A DNA stretch of 58,512 bases, the filler included, from Sphacelaria rigidula (taxonomy: Eukaryota), in assembly GCA_964200075.2 (NCBI GenBank). It is 3 parts of 3 records of this genome, joined end to end, with 100 filler letters (N's around TTAATTAATTAA, not from the genome) between each part and the next. Parts side by side here need not be neighbours in the genome. Positions count along the whole stretch, not along the records: positions 19,543 to 38,978 come from CAXNAA020000671.1; positions 39,079 to 58,512 come from CAXNAA020000672.1; 1 more part is not named here. One strand, given 5' to 3'. A program made the translations under genes and the position numbers. Position 1 is the stretch's first letter; every line of letters starts with the position of its first letter. Shown here in pieces: positions 35,521-48,600 of this stretch. The notes beneath the pieces are model-generated. The model was given only the letters and a program-made list of their open reading frames with translations. It was not told where the DNA came from and did no database searches.

Positions 35521-37725
35521 ATGATGGGTGTGGGGAGCAAGAAATGTGGCCACAAGGATTGCTCCAAACGACCATCTTTCGGTGTAGCGGGAAGCCGGAA
35601 AGGGGAGTTCTGTGCCGAGCACGCCAGGCTGGGAATGGTGAACGTAAAGAACAAAAAGTGCGGCAACGAGGGCTGCTCCAAGCATCCATCGTTCGGTGTA
35701 GTGGGAAGCCGGAAAGGGGAGTTCTGTGCCAATCACGCCAGGCTGGGAATGGTGAACGTAAAGAACAAGAAGTGCGGCAACGAGGGCTGCTTCAAACAAC
35801 CATCTTACGGTGTAGTGGGAACTCGGAAGGCGGAGTTTTGTGCCGATCACGCGAGGCTGGGGATGGTGGATGTAAAGAGCAAGAAGTGCGGCCACAAGGA
35901 CTGCTTGAAACAACCATTTTACGGTGCAGCGGAAAGCCGGAAAAGGGAGTTCTGTGCCCAGCACGCCAGGCTGGGTATGGTGGATGCAAGGAACAAGAAG
36001 TGCGGCAACGAGGGCTGCTCCAAACGACCATCGTTCGGTGTAGCGGGAAGTCGGAAGGCAGAGTTCTGTGCCGACCACGCGAGCGTGGGGATGATCAATG
36101 TAGTGGAAACAAAGTGCGGTAACGAGAGCTGCTCCAAACTCCCGTCGTACGGTGTAGCGGGAAGTAGGAAAAGGGAGTTTTGTGCCGAGCACGCCAGGCT
36201 GGGAATGGTAAATGTAAAGAACAAGAAGTGCGGCAACGAGGGCTGCTCCAAACTCCCGTCGTACGGTGTAGCCGGAAGTCGGAAGAGGGAGCTCTGTGCC
36301 GATCACGCGAGGCTGGGGATGGTGGATGTAAGGAGCAAGAAGTGCGGCCACAAGGACTGCTTGAAACGACCATTTTACGGTGCAGCGGAAAGCCGGAAAA
36401 GGGAGTTCTGTGCCCAGCACGCCAGGCTGGGTATGGTGGATGTAAGGAACAAGAAGTGCGGCAACGAGGGCTGCTCCAAGCATCCATCGCATGGTGTAGC
36501 GGGAAGTCGGAAGGCAGAGTTCTGTGCCGACCATGCCAGGGCAGGGATGGTCAATGTCGTGATTAAGAAGTGCGGCAACAAGGGCTGCTCCAAACACCCC
36601 TCTTACGGTGTAGCAAGAAGTTGGAAGGCAGAGTTCTGTGCCGACCATGCCAGGGCGGGGATGGTCAGTGTCGTGAACAAGGAGTACGGCGATGAGGGCT
36701 GCTCCACACTTCCGTCGTACAGTGTAGAGGGAACTCGGAAGACGGAGTTCTGTGCCGATCACGCCAGGCCGGGGACGGCCATTGTCGTGGGCAATAAGCG
36801 TGTCAACGAGGGCTGCTCCAAGAGCCCATCGTACGGTGTAGCGGGGAACCGGATGGCGCAAATCTCTGCTGATCGCGCCACAGGAGAAATGATCAATGTG
36901 GTGAGCGAGAAGCCCGGCAACGAGGGCTGCTCAAAAATTCCATCATGCGATGCAGCGGAAACCCGGTCGGCGAAGTTCTGCTCGGACCACGCGAGGGTGC
37001 GTATGGTGAATGTAGCGAATGAGAAATGCAGCAACGAGTGCTGCCCTGAACAACCATCGCACGGTGTAGCGGGAAGTCGGGAGGTGGATTTCTGTGCTGA
37101 TTCCGCGACGGCGGCGATGGTTAATGCGGACAGCAAGAAAATTGGCAACGAGGGCTGCTCGAATCGGCGTGTGCACCACGTTGATGTCTTTGAACAGGGT
37201 AACCTATGCCAGCAGTCCGTATCTCGAGCAAGCAGTAGAGGGCAGCATGGAGACATGTTCGATGAGAATTTCACCCAGGACGGACAATCCAACCTTTCCA
37301 CCAGTCACAAGGGTGGTGCGGGTGATGACGGGTTCGGCTCTGCTTTGCTTGTAAGTTTAGATTTTGTTGGTACCGCGCAGTCGCAGCCTGCCGAGGGCCC
37401 TAAAGGAGGACTTCTGGGGATAAGGCCGCACGCGAGGGTGAAATCGGAAGAGTCTACTCCCCTTCAGCGTTTCAAGCAGGGCTTGCGTGAGAGGGTTGGC
37501 GTGGCCATCTACTCCGATGAAGGTGGTACCAACAGGATTGGCAGTAACTCCAGCGATAGTTGGGATGAAAGAATGAAGAAGCGGATTTGCAGGACGCCGT
37601 CGATGATTCATGAGCACCTTCGGCCGGACGATGTTTCTGTGGGTGCTTCTTCAGTGGTGTCCGAAGGGAAAGAAGGCTTGAAGATGGAGCTGGCAGTTTC
37701 GGCTCCGTTTACCCGCCTTGCGTAA
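35521..37725 (+). CDS. EsV-1-7 cysteine-rich repeat protein (734 aa; 10 intact plus ~5 degenerate 38-aa repeats and a low-complexity C-terminal tail)
   Basis: Longest ORF in the window. 114-bp tandem repeat encoding KKCGNEGCSKxPSxGVAGSRKxEFCAxHARLGMVNVxN (C-x4-C-x16-C-x2-H), the EsV-1-7 motif known to be expanded in brown algae and present in the phaeovirus EsV-1. Confidence 0.92.
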   Translation: MMGVGSKKCGHKDCSKRPSFGVAGSRKGEFCAEHARLGMVNVKNKKCGNEGCSKHPSFGVVGSRKGEFCANHARLGMVNVKNKKCGNEGCFKQPSYGVVGTRKAEFCADHARLGMVDVKSKKCGHKDCLKQPFYGAAESRKREFCAQHARLGMVDARNKKCGNEGCSKRPSFGVAGSRKAEFCADHASVGMINVVETKCGNESCSKLPSYGVAGSRKREFCAEHARLGMVNVKNKKCGNEGCSKLPSYGVAGSRKRELCADHARLGMVDVRSKKCGHKDCLKRPFYGAAESRKREFCAQHARLGMVDVRNKKCGNEGCSKHPSHGVAGSRKAEFCADHARAGMVNVVIKKCGNKGCSKHPSYGVARSWKAEFCADHARAGMVSVVNKEYGDEGCSTLPSYSVEGTRKTEFCADHARPGTAIVVGNKRVNEGCSKSPSYGVAGNRMAQISADRATGEMINVVSEKPGNEGCSKIPSCDAAETRSAKFCSDHARVRMVNVANEKCSNECCPEQPSHGVAGSREVDFCADSATAAMVNADSKKIGNEGCSNRRVHHVDVFEQGNLCQQSVSRASSRGQHGDMFDENFTQDGQSNLSTSHKGGAGDDGFGSALLVSLDFVGTAQSQPAEGPKGGLLGIRPHARVKSEESTPLQRFKQGLRERVGVAIYSDEGGTNRIGSNSSDSWDERMKKRICRTPSMIHEHLRPDDVSVGASSVVSEGKEGLKMELAVSAPFTRLA

Positions 37726-38978
37726 GTGTTGTCAACACGAACGCGAGTTGGAGTAATTCTGACATGCTAGCTGCGCGCCGATTCGTAGCTCAGCGCCAGT
37801 TTTGCCGGCAGACTTTGGTGGTATATTCGCATACGCCGCCGCAGCCCCGTTTCGTGCGTGTCGTCCCGACACGGTGGAGCTGTTCTTGTGTGACCATGGT
37901 GGATGCAAATGTATTCCTTGCGGGAAAAGCAGTTCGCGCGAGTGGGTTTTTGTTGTGTTCGCGGGTATGCACGCTGGATTGCCTGTCCGGTTATCTAGCA
38001 CACGTACAGTGTACCGCAAAGCGTTTGTGCACCAGGTGCTGTTTTGCTGTGTGTACTGCACAGGCACCCTGGCCTCTATTTTTGCTGGGGACAAATCCTC
38101 TATGGCCAATGGAACAACCGGCTGGTCGAGGATGTCACATCTTCGTAAGAGAACGTATGACGTGTGCACGTGCCAGCTCCCAGACTCCACATGTGGGTCA
38201 AACGATCAGACGGCTCAGCAAAGATTGTAGTCGTGGTACCGTGGATCAGAGGAACATGCATTTACTGTAGACGTTCGGCGCGAGTGGCAAATAAAAACGG
38301 AAAGAAATGCAAAGGATTCGTCACCGAGTCGATAGCAGCTTGGACAGCACTTCCGCGGTCAGAACTGGGTACGCCATCCGTTCAATATCCCTCGTTGCTA
38401 CTACCCCGCACTCCTCTCGCTGCTGCTGGCCCTTGTTGGGGCACAACAGGAGATGGTCGATCTTCATTGATTCCAACGTTCGGCCTCTAATTGTATCGGT
38501 GCTACAGACCGTGAGGAGGGCCTGGATAGGGTTGCACCTTTTTTGCCTCTGGTGGTACCAGCCTGTAGAAGCCTGCACCAGTGCGGAGAAAAATCGAGTT
38601 AGGCCTGCAAACCCCTGAATCGAGAAGCAAAATTGCAGCTTCATGCTGTGGATCTGAGAACTGGATGAGTAACTGCAACACCCTCGAGCCGCAGGACAGA
38701 TATTCTACGCGTTCATCAGTTTGATCATGAAGGCATGGATTGAATCCGTTTTAATGAGGTGACAAGGCACGTTACTGGCGTCCTGTTCTCTGGTATTTTG
38801 CTTTCACGTTGCCATGATTGAGCATGTCCAAGGCGTTCGCAGTGGTGATATCGGGTGGCCGATGTAAAGATTCAGACCTGTGAAATAGTTCGGTACACGT
38901 GAGATCATTTTTTGCATGAAATAGTGTTTTCGTGAGATTGAGAGTAGATGATACGATTGAGAGTGAAAAGCGGTCAAT

Positions 38979-39078
38979 NNNNNNNNNNNNNNNNNNNNNN
39001 NNNNNNNNNNNNNNNNNNNNNNTTAATTAATTAANNNNNNNNNNNNNNNNNNNNNNNNNNNNNNNNNNNNNNNNNNNN
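38979..39078. other. Assembly gap with artificial TTAATTAATTAA linker
   Basis: Same structure as the first gap. Confidence 0.97.
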
Positions 39079-39671
39079 CCATTGTGCGGAGGTGAGGTTC
39101 TCCCACGCCGCACAGCATAGTCTAGCTCGACTACCATCGTGGTTACCGCAAAAAAACCCGCAAGCGCGCAAAAAACAAGCGGTAACATGGTTGCCTAGCT
39201 TAGGTAGTGAGTGGCGTGTTTTATAGCGTCATCGCCAACCGACGCCAACCCCATCGGGGGTCGAATTTATGTTCCACATGACTAGCTGTTGTACCCTTGG
39301 TCACACGTGCTCGAGAGTCATCTGAGGGAAATTGTTCTCGATGGAGCGATCAACAACGGCCGTAACTCCCCCGCGCTGTGTCAGGGGCGGCTCACAGCGT
39401 GTGATACACTCTACATGGGCGACAAGAGGAGATAGCTGGAATATCTGCGACTTGTGACCTTGAAACTCGTGGTTACAGTACATGGTGTGAAAGTGCACTG
39501 CACAGTGTTTGAAGCTGTTGGTCTCATCCACCATATACATTGTAGAGACAGGATTGAGCAGATGAGATTCGCGGTATAGCCCACTAGCGGTACTTCCCCA
39601 GGAGCGTTCTAACGTTTCATGTAGGTTTCACGTTTCTACGATTGCAGTCCATTGAGCGATTTTTGCCTCCG

Positions 39672-42600
39672 TTAATTTCTGAGGAAAGACGAAAACGAAC
39701 ACGAGCTAGTGAATCGCTTGTGCACATTCTCCGTCCTCCCTTTCTGATGGTTTCTACTTTTTTTGTCCACACGCTTCCGCTAGGAACGCGGAAAGTGAAA
39801 AGCAAGTGGAGCGAACGCGCCACATTCAGAACGGTCTTGGAAAATGGCGGAATAGCAAAACCTGAGTAACCGCGTCGCCCTTCGCACAGCATGGTAACAC
39901 ACTTGCTCCACGACTTCTTCGGCCACAGTCCCAGCTGCCGCCATCCTGACTTGCTCCTCAGCAATCGCTTTCCGCTTTAGTGCCATATATCTCTTGGCCT
40001 TCACTCGCCCAAAAGCCCCCCTCGTGAAGGCCTGGATTGCGGGCATGTAAACGCCATACGCCAACAGAACTTTGATGCCTCCACATATGACGAGCGGAAA
40101 TGCTGGCTCACCTAGTATTCGACGGCACTGCATGCCGCTAGTTGACAATGTCCTGACGATAAGTGCATACAGTTTCAGTCATTTCTGTATCTATGCGCTA
40201 CACAGGTCTCTTTTCGACTAACGATGCATCTACTTTGCCCTCTCAGGGGTGCATTTCCTACGCAACGAGTTGCTCTGTAGCCTGTGGGTACCTGACCAGA
40301 AGTGCTGCGGACAGAAAATTGTTGCAATTATCACCCCCCCCCTCAAGCAATGCGACAACCTGCATCGCAATCAGTAACTGAAGGTGACAATGCACCCTTT
40401 GCTCTGTGCGTTGCAGTACGCTACATAGGCCTTTTTTTATTTTTTACCACATTCAAGCGGCGAACGGTTGCTGCAGCCAAGAGATGATGTCTCGCAGACA
40501 CGTTGTCTCAAGCAGGGCGGAGCACATACCAAATTCGTCGCCAATATGAGACACGCTTACCTCAACGTGCACCGAAATTCGCTGCTTGACACGAGAGGCA
40601 CTACTGCACCAAAATATGACAGCACCGGTGACGATGTAGATTGGTATGGATCATCGTTGACATTTTCGAAAAGCCATGAATCTCGAACAAAAATATACAC
40701 CGCTTACGGTGTGAAACTTCCAGATTCCATCCGTCATCAAAGCTTGTTGTTCGTTTCGCTATGTACTTTTCATTTTACATGAGACATACCTTTTGAAAAA
40801 AACAATGCGAATTCAACCCTGACCAAAGAACGGGAATTGCCTTGAGTAATAAGAATGTCGTAGCGGATGCTTTCATTGCGCTCGAGAAGTATGATAAGAC
40901 TGTGCTGACCTGGATTACAGTTGCTTTTGCCTCCACCGTGTCGAATATTCTTAGGACAGTCTCTGCCTCCATTATATCGATCTTCAAATGATCCCCTCCC
41001 AGTCCCTTTGCTCTTTTCAGCAGCGTTCGGAGGCGCGGACCTTGTAAGTGGTGTATGGGATGACCCTAGGGACAGAATCCCCCCCCCCCCGCCGGCACAA
41101 GTCGTGATGGAGTGTGAGGCGGAGCTTCCAGATTGAGGTACAGCATACGCACGTTTCCTTCATACTTCTGTTCTTGTGAGGACAGTGTAAGGAACTCCGC
41201 GTACATGTGGCATGAGCATTGCATTTCGCCGAATCATCGTGCGCCGTCCATGCGCCAACATGTGGGAGCAGAACATTTCGATATTTGCAGACAGTGCTAC
41301 ATCGACACAACCCAATGTTACATCAGTTCTGCGAAGTACATCGAGGAATACATGCTGGTTACATATCGAATCGACACTCGAGCAAGCACACCTGTTCTCT
41401 CAATCTGCGCATCATCTTTCCCACACGCCCTCTCTGCTCGTTTCTCCTGAGGATCGAGCACATTGAGTTGGCGCAAAGCGGGGACCCAAACGTCAACTAC
41501 CGGGGATACTACGGCAGAAACGACTCTTCGGGTCTCCTCAAGCTCGAGCGGGATCGCCTCAACTGAGCACCAACCCTAAATCTTGTTGCGTTCTCTTCTG
41601 AGTCAACTCGATCACGTGCTATCATTATTCTCCGCAAACCTGGCCTCGCAGAGCGGCACGCGACTCGCGAGTCCCCGTATCGCTGCGTCACTCACCTCTC
41701 TAGCGCCTTGTCGAGCAATCTCCGAGCCACGAATTTCTTGGCGTTTACCGACATATGGACCTGGGCGCGAGTTGAAACCATTGTGCAGACAGTACAAAAC
41801 GTGATGACACCAAGGCATGTCTTACCTGCAAACTACTCGGTAGCTTGCACGGCGATAGGCGATCTAGATGTGTCTAGTCAAATCTTCTTGTGGTGTCAAT
41901 TACGACCCACTCTATCAACAGACGGCTCTTCGGGGGCACAGCAAACCGGTCGGGGTTTCGCGAATAGCACGGGAACGTGTTCCATGGCCCTGTGTTGCCC
42001 ACCCAGCATCCGATGTCATGTCCTGAAGTACATCGTATCTCGCAACCCCTCCCTGCTTTCGCTCAAATCACGAAACCGAACGAAGATATCTTCTGCCGGA
42101 GTGAGTTTCACGCAAAATCCGCATCACCCCTTTTAACTCGGACTCGACTTTTCCAACTTCGGCTTTCTCACCTGCCCGGCCCACTCCCCCCTGTCTCCGC
42201 GGCAAAAAACGCCCTCCCGCTTGAACGGGTGACGCTTTCTGGTCTGCGCCAACACCAACTGCGCTCCCCGATGCTTGTACACTGCCAGAACGTTTCTCGT
42301 TCTCTTGTCGCTCCCAATCTGGGTGTCCCCCGTCGTAATTGACGCATCGCGAGCAGCGTCCTCCTTGACCAACCCGGAGCCCTTTGCCGCTTCGCCGTTC
42401 ACAAGCATCTGCTCGGCACTCCCTTGCTCGCTTTCTGGTGCAGCAACCGGACAGGACAGGAAGCCGATGTGAAAAAGGGAGCAACGTGGAGGGCATGACT
42501 TTGCAGGGTTCACTTATTCGTTGAATACACTGGAAATGAGATTCACGAGAATTCTCTCACGAGACGTTTTGCTGAAAAGCATGTCACTAACGCCTTTTCA

Positions 42601-45600
42601 GCTTCCGCCCCACGCCCTGCCCCCGTTGCTGTCGGCTTCGATTAGCATGGATTTGCTCACTTGGGCATGATAGTGTAGTATCCTTGTCATAGCTAAGCAA
42701 GGCAAGCCCATCTCGCGACGTAATGCTCTAGTTCAATGTTGTGGTGCATTAATGGCGTGGGTGTGTGGCGAGAACGATGCTGTTCCTGGGGAAAGGGGTG
42801 CAAGAAAAATATAAGCTTGTTTCCGAAACTCTGACCGTACCATCAGTACGCCCCCCCCCCCCCTCCCGCATCATATTGTCGGAGTGGACACTCACCAACA
42901 ACCTCCTGCTTTGCGCATCCTTTTCGATGGCGAGGAGGTTTTCCGGCCATAGCATCCGCAATATCTTGCTCCTGGTGCAGTGTTTCGAGCGCCGCTTGGA
43001 CACGTTCCTCATCCAAAATCTCGACGACGGTTCCCACTTCTTGTCTGGTACCTATGCAACACATATCCGCTCCTGCTTCTCTTGCTGCTATTTTTGCAGG
43101 AGTTGAACATGGGTTTTTCGAGGCATCGACACTCTGGAAGGGTATTATGAAGCGACCTCCTCTGGCTGTGCAACCGCTCCACACTTGCACTCCATTGAAA
43201 AATCGGGTTACCTGCGTTGAGTGTTGGCCGAGCGGGGTCGTCGACAAAGACTTGGGGCTAGGATCGGAACGATGGAAATGACCCCAGGGTGACGCCCACA
43301 GAAGGGTTCATGGGCAGTTGAAGCACTCTTGATGAAGGTTCGCACACGCGGCATACCAGAATATATCGTGCCAAACAACCGACCTACTCGTACGGTATGA
43401 TCTTCCTTCCCTACGACCGTTGATTGGTCTCAAATTCTTCGAGCTCTGAGCAGATCGCAGCAAAATACTGATGGTGACGGTCTGACTTGCGAGGGCACCT
43501 GTGTGCAAGGCCTGCCGAAGCGGGTCCGTTCCAGGGAATCGAAATGAAACGTCGAAGTTTCTTCTTCTGGCAAGACCTCTTCATCGGTGTCCGGTAGCTG
43601 CTCTGACAACTCCAGTGGTCCTTCGCGTTCAACAATGGTAGGATGCTCTCGTTCCACCCCTGCACTGCTGAGTCTATCACTCGCGATAGACAACCAATCC
43701 TGTGGTGTATTCCCCTCTTCCGCCCATGCAGCTCTCGGCGTGGACACAGCCGAAATGCTGCAGTCAGACATTCCTTCACGAGAGCTTAACGGTTGCCGGG
43801 CAGAAAAGGAATTCACACTCGCGGGATTTCCTTGAGATGCACCACTTTGATGGGATAAACCAGCTGGCGGCAAAGCATCAGAAGCATTCAAACCAGGACT
43901 AGCAGGAGCTGTTTCCAATATCCTCGCGGGTATGTTGGGTCCAGCGGTGCTTTGCATGACCTGTTGGTTCTCGACAAGAGTAAGTAGAATCAGCAAGTAT
44001 GGCGGGAGGCAAACACATTGAGACTCTGAAATCTCGGCGATATAGTATCTGAGCTCGCCGCGGAGAAACACATTTTCATGGTCCAGTAGCTACGACCGGG
44101 TCGTACCAATCCGTGACGGGTTGAATACATCTTCCGTGGTATGATTACAAGGCGAGATACATCCATTGAGTGTCCAACCGAAATGAGCCATCGCGCCCCC
44201 TTGGCTTGACAGTAAAACAATAGCGTGCAGATTCAAGTCCACCCATTCCTCCGGCAAGCGCACCTCTCCGTCAAGATCTTCCTTCTCTGGGGCAATCAGG
44301 AAAGGGTTGTCCCGGAGGTCGAAGCTGTCTCCCAACCACCCGACCAACGGATCCACATCTTCCAAAAATGCTAGATCGTCCATCATCTTCAAAAGATAGT
44401 TGGAGTTGTTCCAGATGTAGGGGGGCGAGTGCTCGATACCGCCGTTCAAGGCCCTGGCCGCGCACTGCTCACACGGCCGTCCTGGAGGAGTATCCTCGGA
44501 TTGTATCGCCATGTGTTTGCCACACATTCGGGTCACTATTCTGTCTTGGACAAAAACGTTGGTTTTAATGTTTTTGATATAATGCCACTGAATATGTGGC
44601 GATGCACATGACGGCGGGTGGGACAAACGATATTCTGAGTGATGACAGCATCATTTGATAAAAAAATGTAAGGTGACCCATTTGTTCACAACCGATAATT
44701 TAAAGCTTTGACTGATGAAAAACATGGGGGTGTATTCATTTCTACCGAAACTAGGACTCATCTCGTAATATGTCAAAGCTCCAATACCGTAGACTACACC
44801 CTCAGGCATCCAGTTTCTAAGCGTGAAATCCGTGGAGTCATTCCACCCTCAGTATGCAGCCCCCAACAGTAAAGACACCAAACTGAGCGTTGCAAATGTG
44901 GTCGGAATGAAAAAGAGGTTGCAAATCCACACACAAGAGGGGGAACCACTGACAAACCATAGGTGGTAGTGCCGAAGATCATTTCAATGAGGTCACCATG
45001 AGTCGTGCACTCACCGCCTTTTGGGCATACGCAGCACAGACGACCTCTGTTTTACCGCTTCCCGACAGAGAGCATCTTCGTACACTTGCATCGCCTCCTT
45101 CTTGCTGTCGTACACCCCTAGATACAACTGTCGTGCATTGGTTTTCCGCACGGTGCGTATCGTGTAGGTCATGCTCTCGAAATTGGGCGCTGAGTTGTTC
45201 GAAAGTACAGGACTTCTACTCAGATGTTCCGAACGCGGCATGCAAAACTCCGTCTAATGAGGATTGCGACGTGATTTCACTACTGCATGTACCATGACTT
45301 CTTGTACGGTAAGGTGGGAGTTGTTGACTTGCTAGCCATGCAAGCAGTTTCAATAAATGCAGCGGGCGGTATATCAAGGACGATTCAGACCATTGCCGGC
45401 TGAGGATGGGAACCTTAGACCCCGGCATTTTCCAAGTGGGCATGACCCTATTACAAGTTTTACGGTCGTTCACCGCGCAATTCGACAGCTCATGTAGGCT
45501 CCTTGAACAATCGGGATTTCACTCCACGTCTTTCGACTCCGATTATGTGTTTCTGGCATGTGGGTATACCTGATCCCTGGCGATTTGGGGTTCCTGTCTG

Positions 45601-48600
45601 CTCCGGCGGAACCGCTTGTATTGGGACAACATTGCAGGAGACGACCCCCACAGCTTACGGCCTGGCACCATCATGGTCACTACCCACTTGCCATCAGACA
45701 CGCAAGTTGTTTCCACGTCGCCAGTATGCTTGCTGCGCCCGCCTCTCCCTGCAGGTTCTGCTTCTCTCGTCCGTTTCCGATTCTGCGCCTTCATCGTCGG
45801 AGAGGGTGAGGGTAAAGATTGGGCGCCTGTTGACTTGTTCAATCGTACTTCGGAAGCATCAAGCTCTGCGCGATCGTTGCCCGTGACTCCGCCTGTCTCT
45901 ACTTCATTGCCGTCGACGCGAGGGCGTTCTGCTTCATCGTTTTGATCATCGTTGTTCGGTGTCTTCAGGTCGGTGGACGTGTTCGTCTCATCGACGGCGC
46001 TGCTCCTGCTGCCGCTGCCGCTGCCGCGGTTGCGGGAATCCAGCGAAGGCGAGTCGTGTTGTGGAGCGATAACTGCTGGCTTTGGCAAGGATTGTAGCCT
46101 GGATGCTTTCACGTCTTCTCGCCACCGCGAAACCGCTTCAACCACTCGAACCGATGCCAGTCGAATCTACCCGGTGTTCGATATGTGTAAGCCAGTTTTG
46201 GGAGCAACCACAGGGACAACGCAGAGGAGCGCGCAGTACTTCATCTTTAGGCGTGGATGTGGGCTATATATGGAGCGATCAGCTAGGGCAGAAGTTTGTC
46301 ATAGTAACAGAAAACCATCAGGCAGGAAGCTGGCATCGTAGTGAAAAAGACGTAGTAGGTAAACTGATCGCAAGCCCACAGATGGAATATCCGTAGGAGC
46401 TATGCCCTGTACATGGGTATTTGCGCATTTCGAGCGACCTGATCAAGCAGGGTGAGCAGAGTGACCACATCCCTCTCCTCGACTTGGATTCTTGTTTCCG
46501 AGAGGAATCGAGCGGAGCAAGCCGCCGCTTCTTGTTCAGCCTCGGGCAGCAGGGTTTCTCTCTTTGCGATACATCTGCAGCAGCGAACACATACATAGTT
46601 GGAGGCAGACCGCGTCCTTCAGGATGCATACAGCTGTTTCTAGCACATCAATCAAAATCTCAAAATAAAATATTCGATGGAGCTGGGATTGTACCATCAA
46701 TCGTAATCATAAGTTGACAGACATTCTTACCCGTTTGTTTCGGGGGAATAATCCCCGTACAACTGCAATGCAAAGAGATGCAAAATAGACAACTCCTTGG
46801 CTCATTTGTTTCCAAACTATGGGCTTCGTTGCGGGATTATCATCATTATTATAATTACTATTTTGATTTCCGCACATTGATCCGATCTCTCGAACCCGTG
46901 GTCACATAATATGCCGTCAAGGGAAACATGCGTTAGCAACCGACTGGCCTCGTTCGTCACTACGCTATCACCCCGCACAAAACATCTTGACGTGCAACGG
47001 AAGAAATTGAAAACGTGTAGTCTGTTGAAATTCCAGATCACGTTTTGAAGGAAGATTCTTCCTCCTACTACAAAAGACCGCACGTACTCGCTCCGGAACG
47101 CTGTGAAACTCACGCGAGAACCTCCAGTTCCGCTCGGGCGTCCCTTCGTTGTCTCCGCTCGACCATACGATCTCGCTCCGCCTCGCTGACGAAGTAGTGT
47201 CGACATCTGCACAGTGAGCAAAAAGAAACTATAAGTGCCTGTAGCACCAGCGAGTTGAAATACCAAGCGCTCGAGTCGGCGGTGCATTAACGGAGTGTCG
47301 ATACCAGGCACATGTGAAACAAAAACTCGGATCATCCGGAACATCAGTGCGATGGAGAAATACCTCCAAAACACCGGGAGGTAAAATGTGCCAAAGTGTA
47401 CAGGGTATAATACGCCTAGCGTGACGACATGTTGACACCTCAAGAATCCATCACAGCGGGTAGGTAGTACTCTTGGAGGCCGGGGGGGGGGGGGTTGGTA
47501 CTTATTTGTTGCTTCACGTGGTCGTTCGACAATTGACCACGCAAACCTTTCGAGACGGAGCACCGTTCCTACGCCTTCAAGAGGCACCCACAGCAATTTG
47601 GCGCCAATTACGTTTCTTTCATACTTTGCACAGAGAACCTTTTACACATCTCATTCCCTTCCTGTTTCGCCGTCTGTGGGCACCCTTTATCTCCTAGTGT
47701 AGCAACTGTTTGCTCGATACTGTCCCATGTATCACACGATTCCATGCCACCTTCGTTTACTTCCCGCATTTCCTCCTTTAACACGTTCCATTCCTCCTTA
47801 TATAGTTCACATTCCGCCGCTACGTGCGTTCTAATTCTATTGCTTCGGCACAGGGGAAATTCTGTGAATCTGCTTCCTCCAACACTCGACTACTGGTACA
47901 CCTCTTTCTTCTTTCTGGCAGGTCCACGCCCCCCATCCGAAATCGCTGTTTCATGTTTTTCGCGAGATCCATTAGGGGGGGTTAACGGACCAGAAACGTA
48001 TCTTCTGATGGGGCATTTCGAACCGCGAACATTGTACTACATACTGCAGACGAGCGCACCCACGAATGCACATATGGGAAAGCAGCGCAACATAAAATGT
48101 AACACACACATACATGTAATCCATATTCCACAACAACGGGTAAGTGGAACACGACATGGACAGGTATGATTGATTGATTGATTGATTGTTTGGGACATGA
48201 CATGGGCAGGAATGTAATTGGCTGACTTCAACTGCGACAAGCAAATAGCACGCAACACCTGCAGATATCACCAAACACGCTGGTATTAACTTAATTTGAC
48301 ATCAGACACCCACACAATCTAGATAAGCTGGTCACTGTGAGGGCTCAGCCTTCATATCGGTTTGACTGTGCTACGGATGGAGATGTAGAGCTCTACCTAT
48401 TTTCGAACCGACTGGTTGACAAACAGATGGACAGAGTACGACATTTGAAGTTCGCGTGCAACAGAACGACTGACCATCGTACCCAACAAGAGCAAAGACA
48501 CCCACCGCCAACCACAACTTGCAGCTCACAACCAACGTGAAACATGACTTTTGAATACAAGCTGCGATATGCGCAGGAGTCAACCATTGTCAATTCCTGA

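Noticed and set aside
35202-37301. Long antisense and alternate-frame ORFs over the EsV-1-7 gene (e.g. 35461-36861 minus, 466 aa)
   Set aside because: Shadow ORFs: a 114-bp tandem repeat that lacks stops in one unit lacks them in all units; only the plus frame gives a recognised motif.
35521-37725. Endogenous phaeovirus insertion implied by the EsV-1-7 gene
   Set aside because: No NCLDV core genes or gene-dense intronless block nearby; EsV-1-7 genes are a resident host family in brown algae.
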